A stretch of 64,000 nucleotides of DNA from a virus. The notes below the pieces were generated by a model, which was not told where the DNA came from, did not search any database, and saw only the letters and a program-made list of their open reading frames with translations. The DNA is taken from the IMG/VR virus record IMGVR_UViG_3300006187_000001. One strand, 5' to 3'. The position numbers and the translations under genes were made by a program. Positions 42,499 through 51,003 of the stretch are shown in pieces; position 1 is the first letter of the stretch; each line of letters starts with the position of its first letter.

Positions 42499-43058
42499 GA
42501 CAGATCAGGCTTGACGATCAAGACGTAAGGGATCTCAGCCTGCTTCTGAGCGTCCATGGCGTGATAGACCGAGTCGATGAACTCATCCCACTGATCGGGA
42601 TAGATCGTCTGGCACCCTTCAGAACTCGTCGAGTTGTACGAGCCTTTGTGGATGTTGATCGCGACGCCTTCTGATTGACCAACGCCATCACGAGTAACGG
42701 GGAGTTTCTCGCCTGGTGTCGCTGGGCGAAGAGCTGGATAGCTTGGCGGGCGACTGATTCGGTGGCGTCCCTTCTTGTACCAGTGGACACCGGGATTGAG
42801 AACGGCTATCCCTTTGCGGCTCACGCTTGGATCCGTATTCGCGTTGAATGCGAGCACGGAGTCGGGCGTCACCAGGAAGATGGCATCGTCGTAGATTCCG
42901 CGATCGTTCTTGCCCGGCTTCCCCATGGAGTCACGGAAGAATCCACGAATCCCAACAAGGGCGACCTTGGACTTCTTGTCCCTGGCCACGTGATCAGAGA
43001 TGATCTTGTTCAATGCCTCTCGGCTCTGAACGGGACGATTTGGAGGTTTGATTGCCAT
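42495..43058 (-). CDS. putative cell-wall enzyme with YkuD-like H...S-x-G-C motif
   Basis: INIHKGSYNSTSSEGCQTI resembles the L,D-transpeptidase/carboxypeptidase catalytic His...Cys arrangement; it sits between the endolysin and holin. Confidence 0.4.
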   Translation of the reverse strand: MAIKPPNRPVQSREALNKIISDHVARDKKSKVALVGIRGFFRDSMGKPGKNDRGIYDDAIFLVTPDSVLAFNANTDPSVSRKGIAVLNPGVHWYKKGRHRISRPPSYPALRPATPGEKLPVTRDGVGQSEGVAINIHKGSYNSTSSEGCQTIYPDQWDEFIDSVYHAMDAQKQAEIPYVLIVKPDLS

Positions 43059-43144
43059 GGCAAAAAGTGCCCTCGCCTTTGGACCAGCCGGGCGAGGGCG
43101 ATGATCTGCGTTGCTTTAGGTGCTTTGGCTCACGGGCCAAATTG

Positions 43145-43744
43145 TTAAATCTCTTGGCGACGCCAAAAGGCGGCGACGGATCCATATCGGGAATTGATTA
43201 AATCGGAAGCGTCGTATGGCCCTTGCTCGCCAACTTTGATGCTCTCGCTGAACTGCCAGAGGTCGCATGGGAGCTCGGGGCGTCTGTCTCCATAACGTGC
43301 CAGCCAACGAGGACACTCGGTTACCTGCTTCGGGCAGTTCTTTGGCTTGAGGACCTTAACCAGCTTGTCAGAACCATAGAGAAGAGGATGGCGATAGATC
43401 TGCTTGAGCGATAGTCCGACCATCGCGTCGAGTACATCAGCCGTCGGGCTATTGCCCGCCGCTCTTGTTTCGTAGTCGAGCGCAAGCACCAAGGGACGGT
43501 ATGGGTCAACGACTTCGTGGAAATGCGCCCACTGCTTCACCGGGTCCTCGCCGGTCATGAAGTGATAAGCGCCAACTAGCAGGCCGACACTCTTCGCCCG
43601 CTTCACTCGATCGACAAACGTGGGATCGATGTAGGATGTCCCTTCGGTCGCTTTGAGGATGACGGCTTCGACACCGTTCTTCTTCAGAAGTCCAAACTGG
43701 ACATCGTTATGGTGCGAGAGATCGATGACCTTAGCGATTGGCAT
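43145..43744 (-). CDS. endolysin, glycoside hydrolase family 25 muramidase
   Basis: VIDLSHHN, VILKATEGTSYIDPTF and GAYHF motifs. ATG at 43744 (MPIAKV); the track ORF has an 81-codon upstream extension. Confidence 0.8.
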   Translation of the reverse strand: MPIAKVIDLSHHNDVQFGLLKKNGVEAVILKATEGTSYIDPTFVDRVKRAKSVGLLVGAYHFMTGEDPVKQWAHFHEVVDPYRPLVLALDYETRAAGNSPTADVLDAMVGLSLKQIYRHPLLYGSDKLVKVLKPKNCPKQVTECPRWLARYGDRRPELPCDLWQFSESIKVGEQGPYDASDLINSRYGSVAAFWRRQEI

Positions 43745-43984
43745 GGTGATCAATAAGGAGGGGCCGCGCTCTGAGCATCCTTCAGGGCGGCCCTGGTCAT
43801 ACCCGCTAGGTGCCTGAAGCACCCGTCGGGCTGGCTGAGAAATTGGTTTGCCTTCCTGTGCGCTTTCAGGAGGAAACTGGAAGGCTCGCCGAGTTCTTAC
43901 GCCGCGGTTATGGTCGCAACGATCGCTTTCGCCGGCAGCAGAGGGTGGAGGGCCTGGCCGAGAACTCAAGCGGGAAGTCGGTAA

Positions 43985-44018
43985 CAAAAAAGCCCCTCGA
44001 TCTCAGGAGAGAGGGGCT
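43985..44018 (-). terminator. rho-independent terminator between the regulator gene and the lysis/late genes
   Basis: Minus strand AGCCCCTC-N12-GAGGGGCT followed by TTTTTT. Confidence 0.7.
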
Positions 44019-44062
44019 TCGGGCAACGCCACGGGCTTAAACGCGACGCTCAACTACGGACA

Positions 44063-44611
44063 TTATGACGCGATTTTCTTAGAATGCAAGGACTTTCTTC
44101 GATTTCCATTCCAATATCGGTTCTGCTCTTTTGCCGCTATGATGTCCAAAAGCTCGCCGACTCGGACGTACAAGCGCTTTCCACGCCATTCGTAGATCAG
44201 CTTTGATCCAGGAACACACCATCGCTGAGCCGTCCGCATCGAGACTCCTGCCATGAATGCCGCATCGCGAACCGAGATCTTGGCTAACCGGACGTTCCCG
44301 CGGGGATCCTCGCGTTCGAAGGTGTCTGGATCAAATGGACTCTCACGGAGCTTTACCGCAAGAAGTGACTCGAATCGATCGATCCTCGATTCCGCATAGG
44401 GGTCCAAGTTCTCTCGATTGAGGACGTAGCGGGCTTTCAACCAGTGTTCGCAGCGGCCATAGCCTCGACACGTGACCACGTACAGCCAGGCGATCAAGTT
44501 GACGTCCGGGCCTGGGGTTTGGTTGTCGTAGCCCTTCGGACCAATCCTTCCGACCCGCGGGAGTTGGTGTCGGCCATAGGCTCTCAAGACTTGCTGCGCG
44601 GTCCACGTCAT
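44063..44611 (-). CDS. HTH-containing putative late-gene regulator
   Basis: C-terminal HTH ISVRDAAFMAGVSMRTAQRW. ATG at 44611 overlaps the upstream TGA, and the gene is followed by a strong terminator. Confidence 0.45.
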   Translation of the reverse strand: MTWTAQQVLRAYGRHQLPRVGRIGPKGYDNQTPGPDVNLIAWLYVVTCRGYGRCEHWLKARYVLNRENLDPYAESRIDRFESLLAVKLRESPFDPDTFEREDPRGNVRLAKISVRDAAFMAGVSMRTAQRWCVPGSKLIYEWRGKRLYVRVGELLDIIAAKEQNRYWNGNRRKSLHSKKIAS

Positions 44612-45684
44612 GCCGTCACCACCTTGCCTTGCCACCACTCCGCCTCGTCAAATGGCTCATCGCTTCCCGGCTTGAACCGCTCTGTGACGGGTACCTCGCG
44701 TTTGCTGACCTTGGACGTTCTTAAACCCACGACACGTTCCTCGAAGTCAACTCCGGCAACGGGGCCGAGGACCTCCAAGAGGGGCCGGTTTGGCGAGGAT
44801 TTCTTACCGCCACCGGAGACCTCGGTGAGCTGAGTTTTCACCTTGCGCCACCGGGGCAGAAAGTCGGTAATCCGGTTGTCCAAAATGCCGACAGGATCGT
44901 CCTTCCCGAACTCGTTGGGGTGGTCGGTGTGGAACTCGGCGAACTCCATCACGAAGCCGCGAATCACCTCCTCGTCGGGGGCCTCTTGGCGCAATCGATC
45001 GACAACACGGTCAACCCTCGCCGCGGTCGGAGGGCGCCGGCAGTTCTGGAACTTCGGGATGGCTGAAATCTGCTCACCAGTCCAAGCCACAAGCGGATCC
45101 GGATGGTCAGCCCACCAGGGCGAATCCGCTGCTGCTGCATCAGCCCCTTGGGGCAATACTGCGTCAGCAGTATGGGGATTACTGTTGCTGTTGCTGTCAC
45201 GCGACAGAGAATCCGAACAAGTGGCGGTTGTCCGTAACAAGTCCGAATTGTCCGTAACAATTTCAGAGCTATTTGAAACAGATTCGCTTTTGGTTTCCGC
45301 GACTTGTCCGGTATTGTCCGTAACAACTGCCGTTTGTCCGGGACAATTTCGCTTGCGTCTGTTTTGAACACGCTTGGCATCCGGTGTTTGAGACTTCTCC
45401 CAGCGAGTGACGACCCAGTGCCCTTTCTCAACTTTAAGAGCTCCTCCACGTTCAGCGGCCTCAAGACATGCGACCATGTCAGCCGGCGGAATCCGGTATG
45501 GCGCTGCGATCATCGAGGCGGCGACGACCGGGCACAGGCCTCGCTTGTTCCCGTGGGTCCTTACATGAAGGAGGAACACATGCCAGCAAGAGCCGACGGA
45601 CCAAGGCAAGTCGGTGAGCCAAGGGTCATCGGGGTCAAAGTAATAGTCGACGTTCTGTCTGTTCCAGCGAGATTCGGATGCCAT
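44608..45684 (-). CDS. replication initiator / replisome organiser (iteron-containing)
   Basis: Immediately downstream of dnaB; contains a TTGTCCGTAACAA iteron array in its middle. Confidence 0.55.
   Translation of the reverse strand: MASESRWNRQNVDYYFDPDDPWLTDLPWSVGSCWHVFLLHVRTHGNKRGLCPVVAASMIAAPYRIPPADMVACLEAAERGGALKVEKGHWVVTRWEKSQTPDAKRVQNRRKRNCPGQTAVVTDNTGQVAETKSESVSNSSEIVTDNSDLLRTTATCSDSLSRDSNSNSNPHTADAVLPQGADAAAADSPWWADHPDPLVAWTGEQISAIPKFQNCRRPPTAARVDRVVDRLRQEAPDEEVIRGFVMEFAEFHTDHPNEFGKDDPVGILDNRITDFLPRWRKVKTQLTEVSGGGKKSSPNRPLLEVLGPVAGVDFEERVVGLRTSKVSKREVPVTERFKPGSDEPFDEAEWWQGKVVTA
45228..45346. repeat. Iteron array: 3 perfect TTGTCCGTAACAA + 2 degenerate copies (candidate origin of replication)
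   Basis: Perfect copies at 45228-45240, 45248-45260 and 45314-45326. Degenerate copies TTGTCCGG at 45304 and TTGTCCGGGACAA at 45334-45346. An AT-richer spacer lies at 45261-45298. Confidence 0.7.
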
Positions 45685-45686
45685 TG

Positions 45687-47054
45687 TTAGTCTCTCCCTC
45701 CGTAGAGATTTCGATACCGGGCATAAGCTGATTGGAAACCGAGAATGACCTTGCCCGTGGGACCGTCTCGGTGCTTTGCGATGATGATTTCCGCCTCCTC
45801 GACGGCGTCGGGGTTGTAATCCGGAGTCTCTTTCGTTTCCTTGGCCTTGTAGTAGGCGTCACGGTAAAGAAGCATCACCAGGTCCGCCTCAGCCTCGATC
45901 GATCCAGATTCACGAATGTCCGACAGAACCGGCCGCTTATCCTCTCTCGACTCCACACCTCGGTTTAGTTGAGAAAGCGCGACGACGGGGACGCCGAGTT
46001 CCTTGGCCATGGACTTGATCGACCTTGCGATGTCCGAAATCTCTTGTGTGCGGTTCTCGGTCTTCTTGGCTCCGCGCATCAATTGGAGATAGTCGATCAC
46101 CACAAGGGACAGTCCTGTCTCCGCCTGAAGGCGCCGACACTTGCCGCGCATGTCCAGGGGAGTGAGATCAGACGCGTCGTCGATGTATATGGGAAGCGTG
46201 TAGATGCTGTCACAAGCGTCCGCGAGCTTCTTATAGGTGTCCATCGAAAGCGACGGATTCTTGAGGACGTGCGAGTTCACGCCGCTGACCATTGAGACCA
46301 TTCGGCGGATGAGCTGCTCACCGCTCATTTCCAGTGAGAAGATGGCAACCGAGCCTTTACCACTCTTCGCCGCTGCGAGGGCAAAATCCAAAACCAGCGC
46401 CGTCTTACCCATCGATGGACGGGCGCCGACGATGACCAGGTTTCCAGGGTAGAAGCCGGTGGTCATCTTGTCGAGATCGGAGAACCCACTCGAAAGACCG
46501 ACCATGGGTTCACCGGTTTCGATCAGGTTATCGACATCAATGAAGAAGTTCTTGGCCAGAGTGCTTGCGTGTTTGAAGTAGGTTCCCGTCCGCTTGCGTC
46601 CGACTTCGAAGACGAGTTGCTCGGCCTTGTCGAGCTTCTCGCTGGCATCGCCACTATCGCCGTCGTGGACAACGCCGACAATGTTCTGTCCAGCCTGCTC
46701 CAGTTGACGAAGCATCGACTTCTCGGCAACGTCACGCGCGTAGAACGCCGCGTTGGACGGGCTTGGTACATACTCAGCGACCTGTAGGACGTAGTCCTCT
46801 CCACCGATGTTATCGAGAATCTCCGTGTCGCGAAGCTGCTGAATCACGAACTCAAGACTTGGCGGGACTGCTCGGTTGACGCAGAACCGGATGGCGCGGA
46901 AGATCTCCCGGTGGGCCGGGCGGTAGAAGTCGTCGGCATCCAGGATCCCAAGGACCTCCTCCGCGGCTTGTTCGCTGAGCATCATCGACCCCAGCGTGCT
47001 CATCTCCATCTCTAGGGAGTGGAGAGGCACCATCTCGGCATTGGCCAGCCTCAT
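45687..47054 (-). CDS. dnaB: replicative DNA helicase DnaB
   Basis: GFSDLDKMTTGF, the Walker A GARPSMGKTA, VVIDYLQLM and SQLNR motifs. ATG at 47054 overlaps the upstream TGA. Confidence 0.9.
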   Translation of the reverse strand: MRLANAEMVPLHSLEMEMSTLGSMMLSEQAAEEVLGILDADDFYRPAHREIFRAIRFCVNRAVPPSLEFVIQQLRDTEILDNIGGEDYVLQVAEYVPSPSNAAFYARDVAEKSMLRQLEQAGQNIVGVVHDGDSGDASEKLDKAEQLVFEVGRKRTGTYFKHASTLAKNFFIDVDNLIETGEPMVGLSSGFSDLDKMTTGFYPGNLVIVGARPSMGKTALVLDFALAAAKSGKGSVAIFSLEMSGEQLIRRMVSMVSGVNSHVLKNPSLSMDTYKKLADACDSIYTLPIYIDDASDLTPLDMRGKCRRLQAETGLSLVVIDYLQLMRGAKKTENRTQEISDIARSIKSMAKELGVPVVALSQLNRGVESREDKRPVLSDIRESGSIEAEADLVMLLYRDAYYKAKETKETPDYNPDAVEEAEIIIAKHRDGPTGKVILGFQSAYARYRNLYGGRD

Positions 47055-47455
47055 CGGGCCCTCCGGACATCGACTTCGATGATCTGAATGTCCGGGGCGA
47101 CTTGGCGCAACCACAAGAAGGCCATATAACGAGCCTTGGAACGAGTCTCTGCCCAAAAGGTGGTATTGCTCCACACTGTCCATCCAATTGGCCTGGCTTG
47201 ATATGGCTTCTTGTGCTTTCTGTCAGCCTCGATCCGCTTCCAAACTAGCTCGTTCGCCTTCTCGATGCCTTTATCGGTGGCGATGTAATAGCGGCTAATA
47301 TCGTCACAAGTGCCGACCCGCATGAGACCCATAAAGACCAACTGGTCGCAGATCTCGTCACCGTCCGCATTCGCGCAGTAGTAGTTGCGATAGGACGTGG
47401 TTTGACGGTCGAGCCCCAACGTGTGGAGGAGGGTGGATTCTTGCTGAGAAGTCAT
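47051..47455 (-). CDS. hypothetical protein translationally coupled to dnaB
   Basis: ATGA overlaps at both ends; no motif recognised. Confidence 0.5.
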   Translation of the reverse strand: MTSQQESTLLHTLGLDRQTTSYRNYYCANADGDEICDQLVFMGLMRVGTCDDISRYYIATDKGIEKANELVWKRIEADRKHKKPYQARPIGWTVWSNTTFWAETRSKARYMAFLWLRQVAPDIQIIEVDVRRAR

Positions 47456-47883
47456 TCCATCCACCTCACGCATCCAGGCGTTGAACAAGCGGCATGGACA
47501 GGCCCGTTGAAAGCTCGGCTGTATTGAAGCGTTCCCGCGTTACAAGCCGGGCATGGCAATGAACCTGACACCGATCTTTTATTGCCGCAATGCTTGATGA
47601 TCGCCTTACGAGCAATTAATGTCTTCCGAAATGATTCTTCGTATCGCTTTTCGCGAGCCTCTGCTTCTTCTTGCGTGTGATACGAGCAATGCTCACAATG
47701 GTTAGGGCTGCTGTTGCTTGCACGGCATGGCCACCGCGCTAGCCCTTTTCCTTCCATCGTCTCGAACTTCGCGTACTCAACTCCAGCGGCACAATGTGTA
47801 TTCCCCCAAGTGCCAGTGAAGTGACGGCACACATTCATGTGCTGCTCGATGAGTGTCATTCGCGTTCCATCAGGCTTCCTCAT
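47452..47883 (-). CDS. Cys-rich (probable zinc-binding) protein
   Basis: Multiple CxxC/CxH pairs (CEHCSYH, CPACNAG, CSTPGC). Confidence 0.5.
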   Translation of the reverse strand: MRKPDGTRMTLIEQHMNVCRHFTGTWGNTHCAAGVEYAKFETMEGKGLARWPCRASNSSPNHCEHCSYHTQEEAEAREKRYEESFRKTLIARKAIIKHCGNKRSVSGSLPCPACNAGTLQYSRAFNGPVHAACSTPGCVRWME

Positions 47884-48605
47884 TTCTCCACCTTCTTGAA
47901 GACCTTCTCGAAGTCATCGGGGCCCATGACAAACGATCTTCCCGCATCGCCCTTCTGGTGATATTCAACTCGTCCGTCTTGGTGGATTGAACCAACAACC
48001 CAAAGAAGCCCCTCGGATTCGTAAATGCAACCAGGGATAGCGAATGGCGTGGAATCCGCTTCCATCGCTTCAGTGATCTCAGCCAGCTTTTCAGGGCTCA
48101 ACTGTGCAAAGCCATCGCTATTGGGATCAGGCCACTCTTTGATAACCAGCGCGATTTGGCGCATGTCTGCGATTTCCTGGACTGATGGTGCGAACATCCC
48201 CCACTCTTTTCGCTTGCCAGTGATGCACTCCCACAAAGCATCCTCGATTCCTGACATCCACCCAGCAGCCCAACACATTTCAGAGATGTCGGACATCTTC
48301 GAAAGCAGTGACCTGCGCAGAACAGGGCGGAGCCTCTCAACGTCAGCGGCTATTCCTACGGTGGGGTCTTCAACTTCGACCCAATGCTTGATCAGCCGAA
48401 CCTCGGTAAAACCGGACAAAAATGCCCGATCCCCCGCTGAGCCAAGAGAGTTCAGGGGATTAACATTGACGCCATTCCCATCGACCAATCGGAGCCATAC
48501 CCCTTCGCCTGGCTTCCGCAGGCTTTCGACCTTGCACACGACTCCCGTGGCATCTTGGCGGTAGTACTTCCCAACGCACTCCGACAGGTTCTGAACGTTA
48601 ATCAT
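47880..48605 (-). CDS. hypothetical protein
   Basis: 241-aa ORF with 4-nt overlaps on both sides. Confidence 0.5.
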   Translation of the reverse strand: MINVQNLSECVGKYYRQDATGVVCKVESLRKPGEGVWLRLVDGNGVNVNPLNSLGSAGDRAFLSGFTEVRLIKHWVEVEDPTVGIAADVERLRPVLRRSLLSKMSDISEMCWAAGWMSGIEDALWECITGKRKEWGMFAPSVQEIADMRQIALVIKEWPDPNSDGFAQLSPEKLAEITEAMEADSTPFAIPGCIYESEGLLWVVGSIHQDGRVEYHQKGDAGRSFVMGPDDFEKVFKKVEK

Positions 48606-49024
48606 TCCAGCACCTCGATGGTCAACGCCACTTCGCCCCGCGTCCCGCTATCCTTGGCGGAATGGAGCACACAACGACCGAGCTCGAAGTACTGGGCGCT
48701 GTCGTCTTTGACCAGTTGAGCGTCTACGAGCCCATCGAAGGCGGCTTTCAGTGCGGACACGGCGTTTTGCACATCACGAGGGCGATACCGCCCATCCTGC
48801 GGCAATCGTCGTCCTAGCCACCACTCGGAAGAAACGCGAACGCGCTTCGCGAATGGCAACGGTGTCTTGGTCGAGATCCCGCGTATCGCCTGAGTACAGA
48901 ACAGCTCAGCTGCTTGGCGGTAATCCCGTTTGTCCTTAACTCCCTTAGACCAGTGACTTCGGGAGTTTGAGGAAGCCCCTGCCGGAGGCAGAGGCAATTT
49001 GATCGTGAGGACGAGTCCTTTCAT
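48602..49024 (-). CDS. rusA: RusA-family Holliday junction resolvase
   Basis: RPRDVQNAVSALKAAFDGLVDAQLVKDDSAQ matches the D-x-DN...K...D.L....DD core layout. Confidence 0.7.
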   Translation of the reverse strand: MKGLVLTIKLPLPPAGASSNSRSHWSKGVKDKRDYRQAAELFCTQAIRGISTKTPLPFAKRVRVSSEWWLGRRLPQDGRYRPRDVQNAVSALKAAFDGLVDAQLVKDDSAQYFELGRCVLHSAKDSGTRGEVALTIEVLE

Positions 49025-49488
49025 TGCCAGCCTGATGTTTCACAGTGAACATCTGCACTCGCGTCGCAATCGCCGGTCACTTCCACTTCGATGACATAGC
49101 GCTTGAAGTGAACGCCATGAGCCGCGCATCGTGCGGCGAAGTAGGTTTCCCAGGGTCCCAGGCCATCGAGTTCCAAGACCTTGCGCGTGTCCCGGTTCAC
49201 GAGAACAAACCCAGCCTCACGGTTGAATCTGCGATAGACCCGGTGGTCAAGAATTCCGATCCGGTAGATCAGACTGAGTTCCTCAAGGACTTCCAGGATG
49301 CGGTAAACGCTCACGCAATCGACGCGCTTTCCGCGCTCCTGGAGGATCGCGTACAACTCGTGAGCGCTGACCGCGACATCAAGGGAGGCTAATACCGACA
49401 CTACCGCGTGACGTGGAAGAGTGAACTTGTAACCGTTCTTCTTCAACGTTTCCATGGCGAGGGATGCAAAATCTTGTGTGTGTTCCAT
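49021..49488 (-). CDS. Fur-family (ferric uptake regulator-like) transcriptional regulator
   Basis: LKKNGYKFTLPRHAVVSVL....SAHELYAILQERGKRVDCVSVYRILEVLEELSLIYRI matches the Fur N-terminal winged helix. The C-terminal domain lacks the usual His-rich and CxxC sites. Confidence 0.65.
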   Translation of the reverse strand: MEHTQDFASLAMETLKKNGYKFTLPRHAVVSVLASLDVAVSAHELYAILQERGKRVDCVSVYRILEVLEELSLIYRIGILDHRVYRRFNREAGFVLVNRDTRKVLELDGLGPWETYFAARCAAHGVHFKRYVIEVEVTGDCDASADVHCETSGWQ

Positions 49489-50592
49489 CTAAGCCACCTC
49501 CGTGGTGGTTTCCTGTGCGCGTCGGCGCTCTTGGGCTTTTGAATGAGCCTGGAAGGCAAAGGGAATCTCTTCCAGGCCGCGGACCATCCGCAACGCCCAC
49601 CTGTGCAGGCAATAGCGGTCATGCTCCGTGAGTTGAGTCGGCTTTGAGATCGTGCGACCGAGAACCCGGGAGTACTCCCGGGAGCAGGCCGCCCCATGAA
49701 GGGCGAAGGTCGGCCAATGCATGATCTCGCAAATCTCATCGAATCCGAAGCCGTGATCTTCACACTCGGCGAGAATGGATTCGATCACGGAATCGGGAGT
49801 TTCTTCGGGAATAGCAGGCGCGCCGGGCGTGGATTTCACGCAATTGCGAAATCCTCCCGGCTCAGCTTTTCCCTGGTTCGACTCCGTACGGGCACGGACA
49901 AGGATCTGACTAGGTGTCATCCCTGCTGATTTGCCTTGCAGGATCCGATCCGAGGACTTCCAGCCCTTGGCCTTGCAAATCTCGATCAGTTCGGTGAGCT
50001 CGGCTTGAGTGCCACCGCCGTCATTCCAATAATCCTTGGCGAGCTTCTTGCTTTCGTCGGATGCTTGAGGTTTTGCTTGCGATCGATCATTTCGTTGCGC
50101 AGGTGCGGGAGCGCATTGCTCGACTTGCTTCAAACCTTGCGTGAAGCACTTCAGTCCGACAGCGGCGATCCTTTCGATATTCACTTCGAGATCTTCAAGG
50201 CGCATTTGCATCGCTGATTCGATGGCCGTCTTGACGATCACCGCGATACTCGCTGAGTGGATCTCCGCAGAAGTCTTTGGCGTGAATGACCGAGTGTTTC
50301 CGCCACCTTTGCCTGCGAAACCTCCGCTACTCTTATTGGGCCCACCGAACGTCGTAATAAACGCTTCGTTGCCGTAGTTGCCAGCCTTGACGTCGAGTTC
50401 GGCTTCCGCCGTAGCGCCGACTTCAAGAGGAGTCGCGAACTTGGTCATGGAGGACTTCCAGACCTTGAGCGGCTTCCCAAACCCTTCGATGTTGATGAAC
50501 GCGAGCTTGTCCTTGTCGGTGATCTCGGTAATGGTGATGGTCGCTCTCTGCGGACCGATCTTCGATAAATCCACGGGGCTACTTGCCGCCAT
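49489..50592 (-). CDS. hypothetical early protein
   Basis: 367-aa ORF with a Gly-rich linker (SSGGFAGKGGGN) after an N-terminal beta-rich region. Confidence 0.5.
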   Translation of the reverse strand: MAASSPVDLSKIGPQRATITITEITDKDKLAFINIEGFGKPLKVWKSSMTKFATPLEVGATAEAELDVKAGNYGNEAFITTFGGPNKSSGGFAGKGGGNTRSFTPKTSAEIHSASIAVIVKTAIESAMQMRLEDLEVNIERIAAVGLKCFTQGLKQVEQCAPAPAQRNDRSQAKPQASDESKKLAKDYWNDGGGTQAELTELIEICKAKGWKSSDRILQGKSAGMTPSQILVRARTESNQGKAEPGGFRNCVKSTPGAPAIPEETPDSVIESILAECEDHGFGFDEICEIMHWPTFALHGAACSREYSRVLGRTISKPTQLTEHDRYCLHRWALRMVRGLEEIPFAFQAHSKAQERRRAQETTTEVA

Positions 50593-50730
50593 GATTTTCC
50601 TCCTTAGTTGTCGTGGAGGCAGAAACCTGTGCTACGCTAATAGCCGAAGTTGGGTTGGTTTCAACCTCAAAATTCACCATGAGGTCGGTAGGTGTGTCAG
50701 CACCTCCGGCCTTTCTCATTTGTCGTGTGC

Positions 50731-50919
50731 TCAATTCCCCTCCTGATCGGGCATGAATTTGAGCATCTCGTACACGCGGCGCAACGGAACGCCAGACGTC
50801 TCCGCGATAGATTTCGGAGAGATGTCCGGATTGTCGCGACGCATTTGCCACACATGCTCCCGATGCTTCGACCACTTGTCGGGCCTGCCATTGGTGCTGG
50901 GTTTTGTCGCTTCAGACAT
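50731..50919 (-). CDS. Cro-like small HTH protein
   Basis: ISPKSIAETSGVPLRRVYEML is an HTH; the gene is divergent from the CI-type repressor across the operator region. Confidence 0.45.
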   Translation of the reverse strand: MSEATKPSTNGRPDKWSKHREHVWQMRRDNPDISPKSIAETSGVPLRRVYEMLKFMPDQEGN

Positions 50920-50937
50920 GCCCAGATGATACACCAC

Positions 50938-50988
50938 TTTGCGCAAAATGGTATAGAGTGTAGGAATTCTTTTAATGGTTTGCGCAAA
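50938..50988. promoter_or_regulatory. Two TTTGCGCAAA palindromic operators in the cI/cro-like divergent region
   Basis: TTGCGCAA at 50939-50946 and 50980-50987. Confidence 0.7.
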
Positions 50989-51003
50989 AAAGGAGAGGTG
51001 GAA

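Noticed and set aside
43745-43987. 81-codon N-terminal extension of the endolysin ORF
   Set aside because: It is a Pro/Arg/Ser-rich low-complexity translation of the leader. The GH25 domain starts at MPIAKVIDLSHHN (ATG 43744).
50692-51003. N-terminal 104-codon extension of the repressor ORF (track ORF 50692-51663)
   Set aside because: The extension overlaps the divergent cro-like gene and both operators and is Arg/His-rich. A GTG with an AAGGAGAG site at 51004 starts exactly at the HTH domain.
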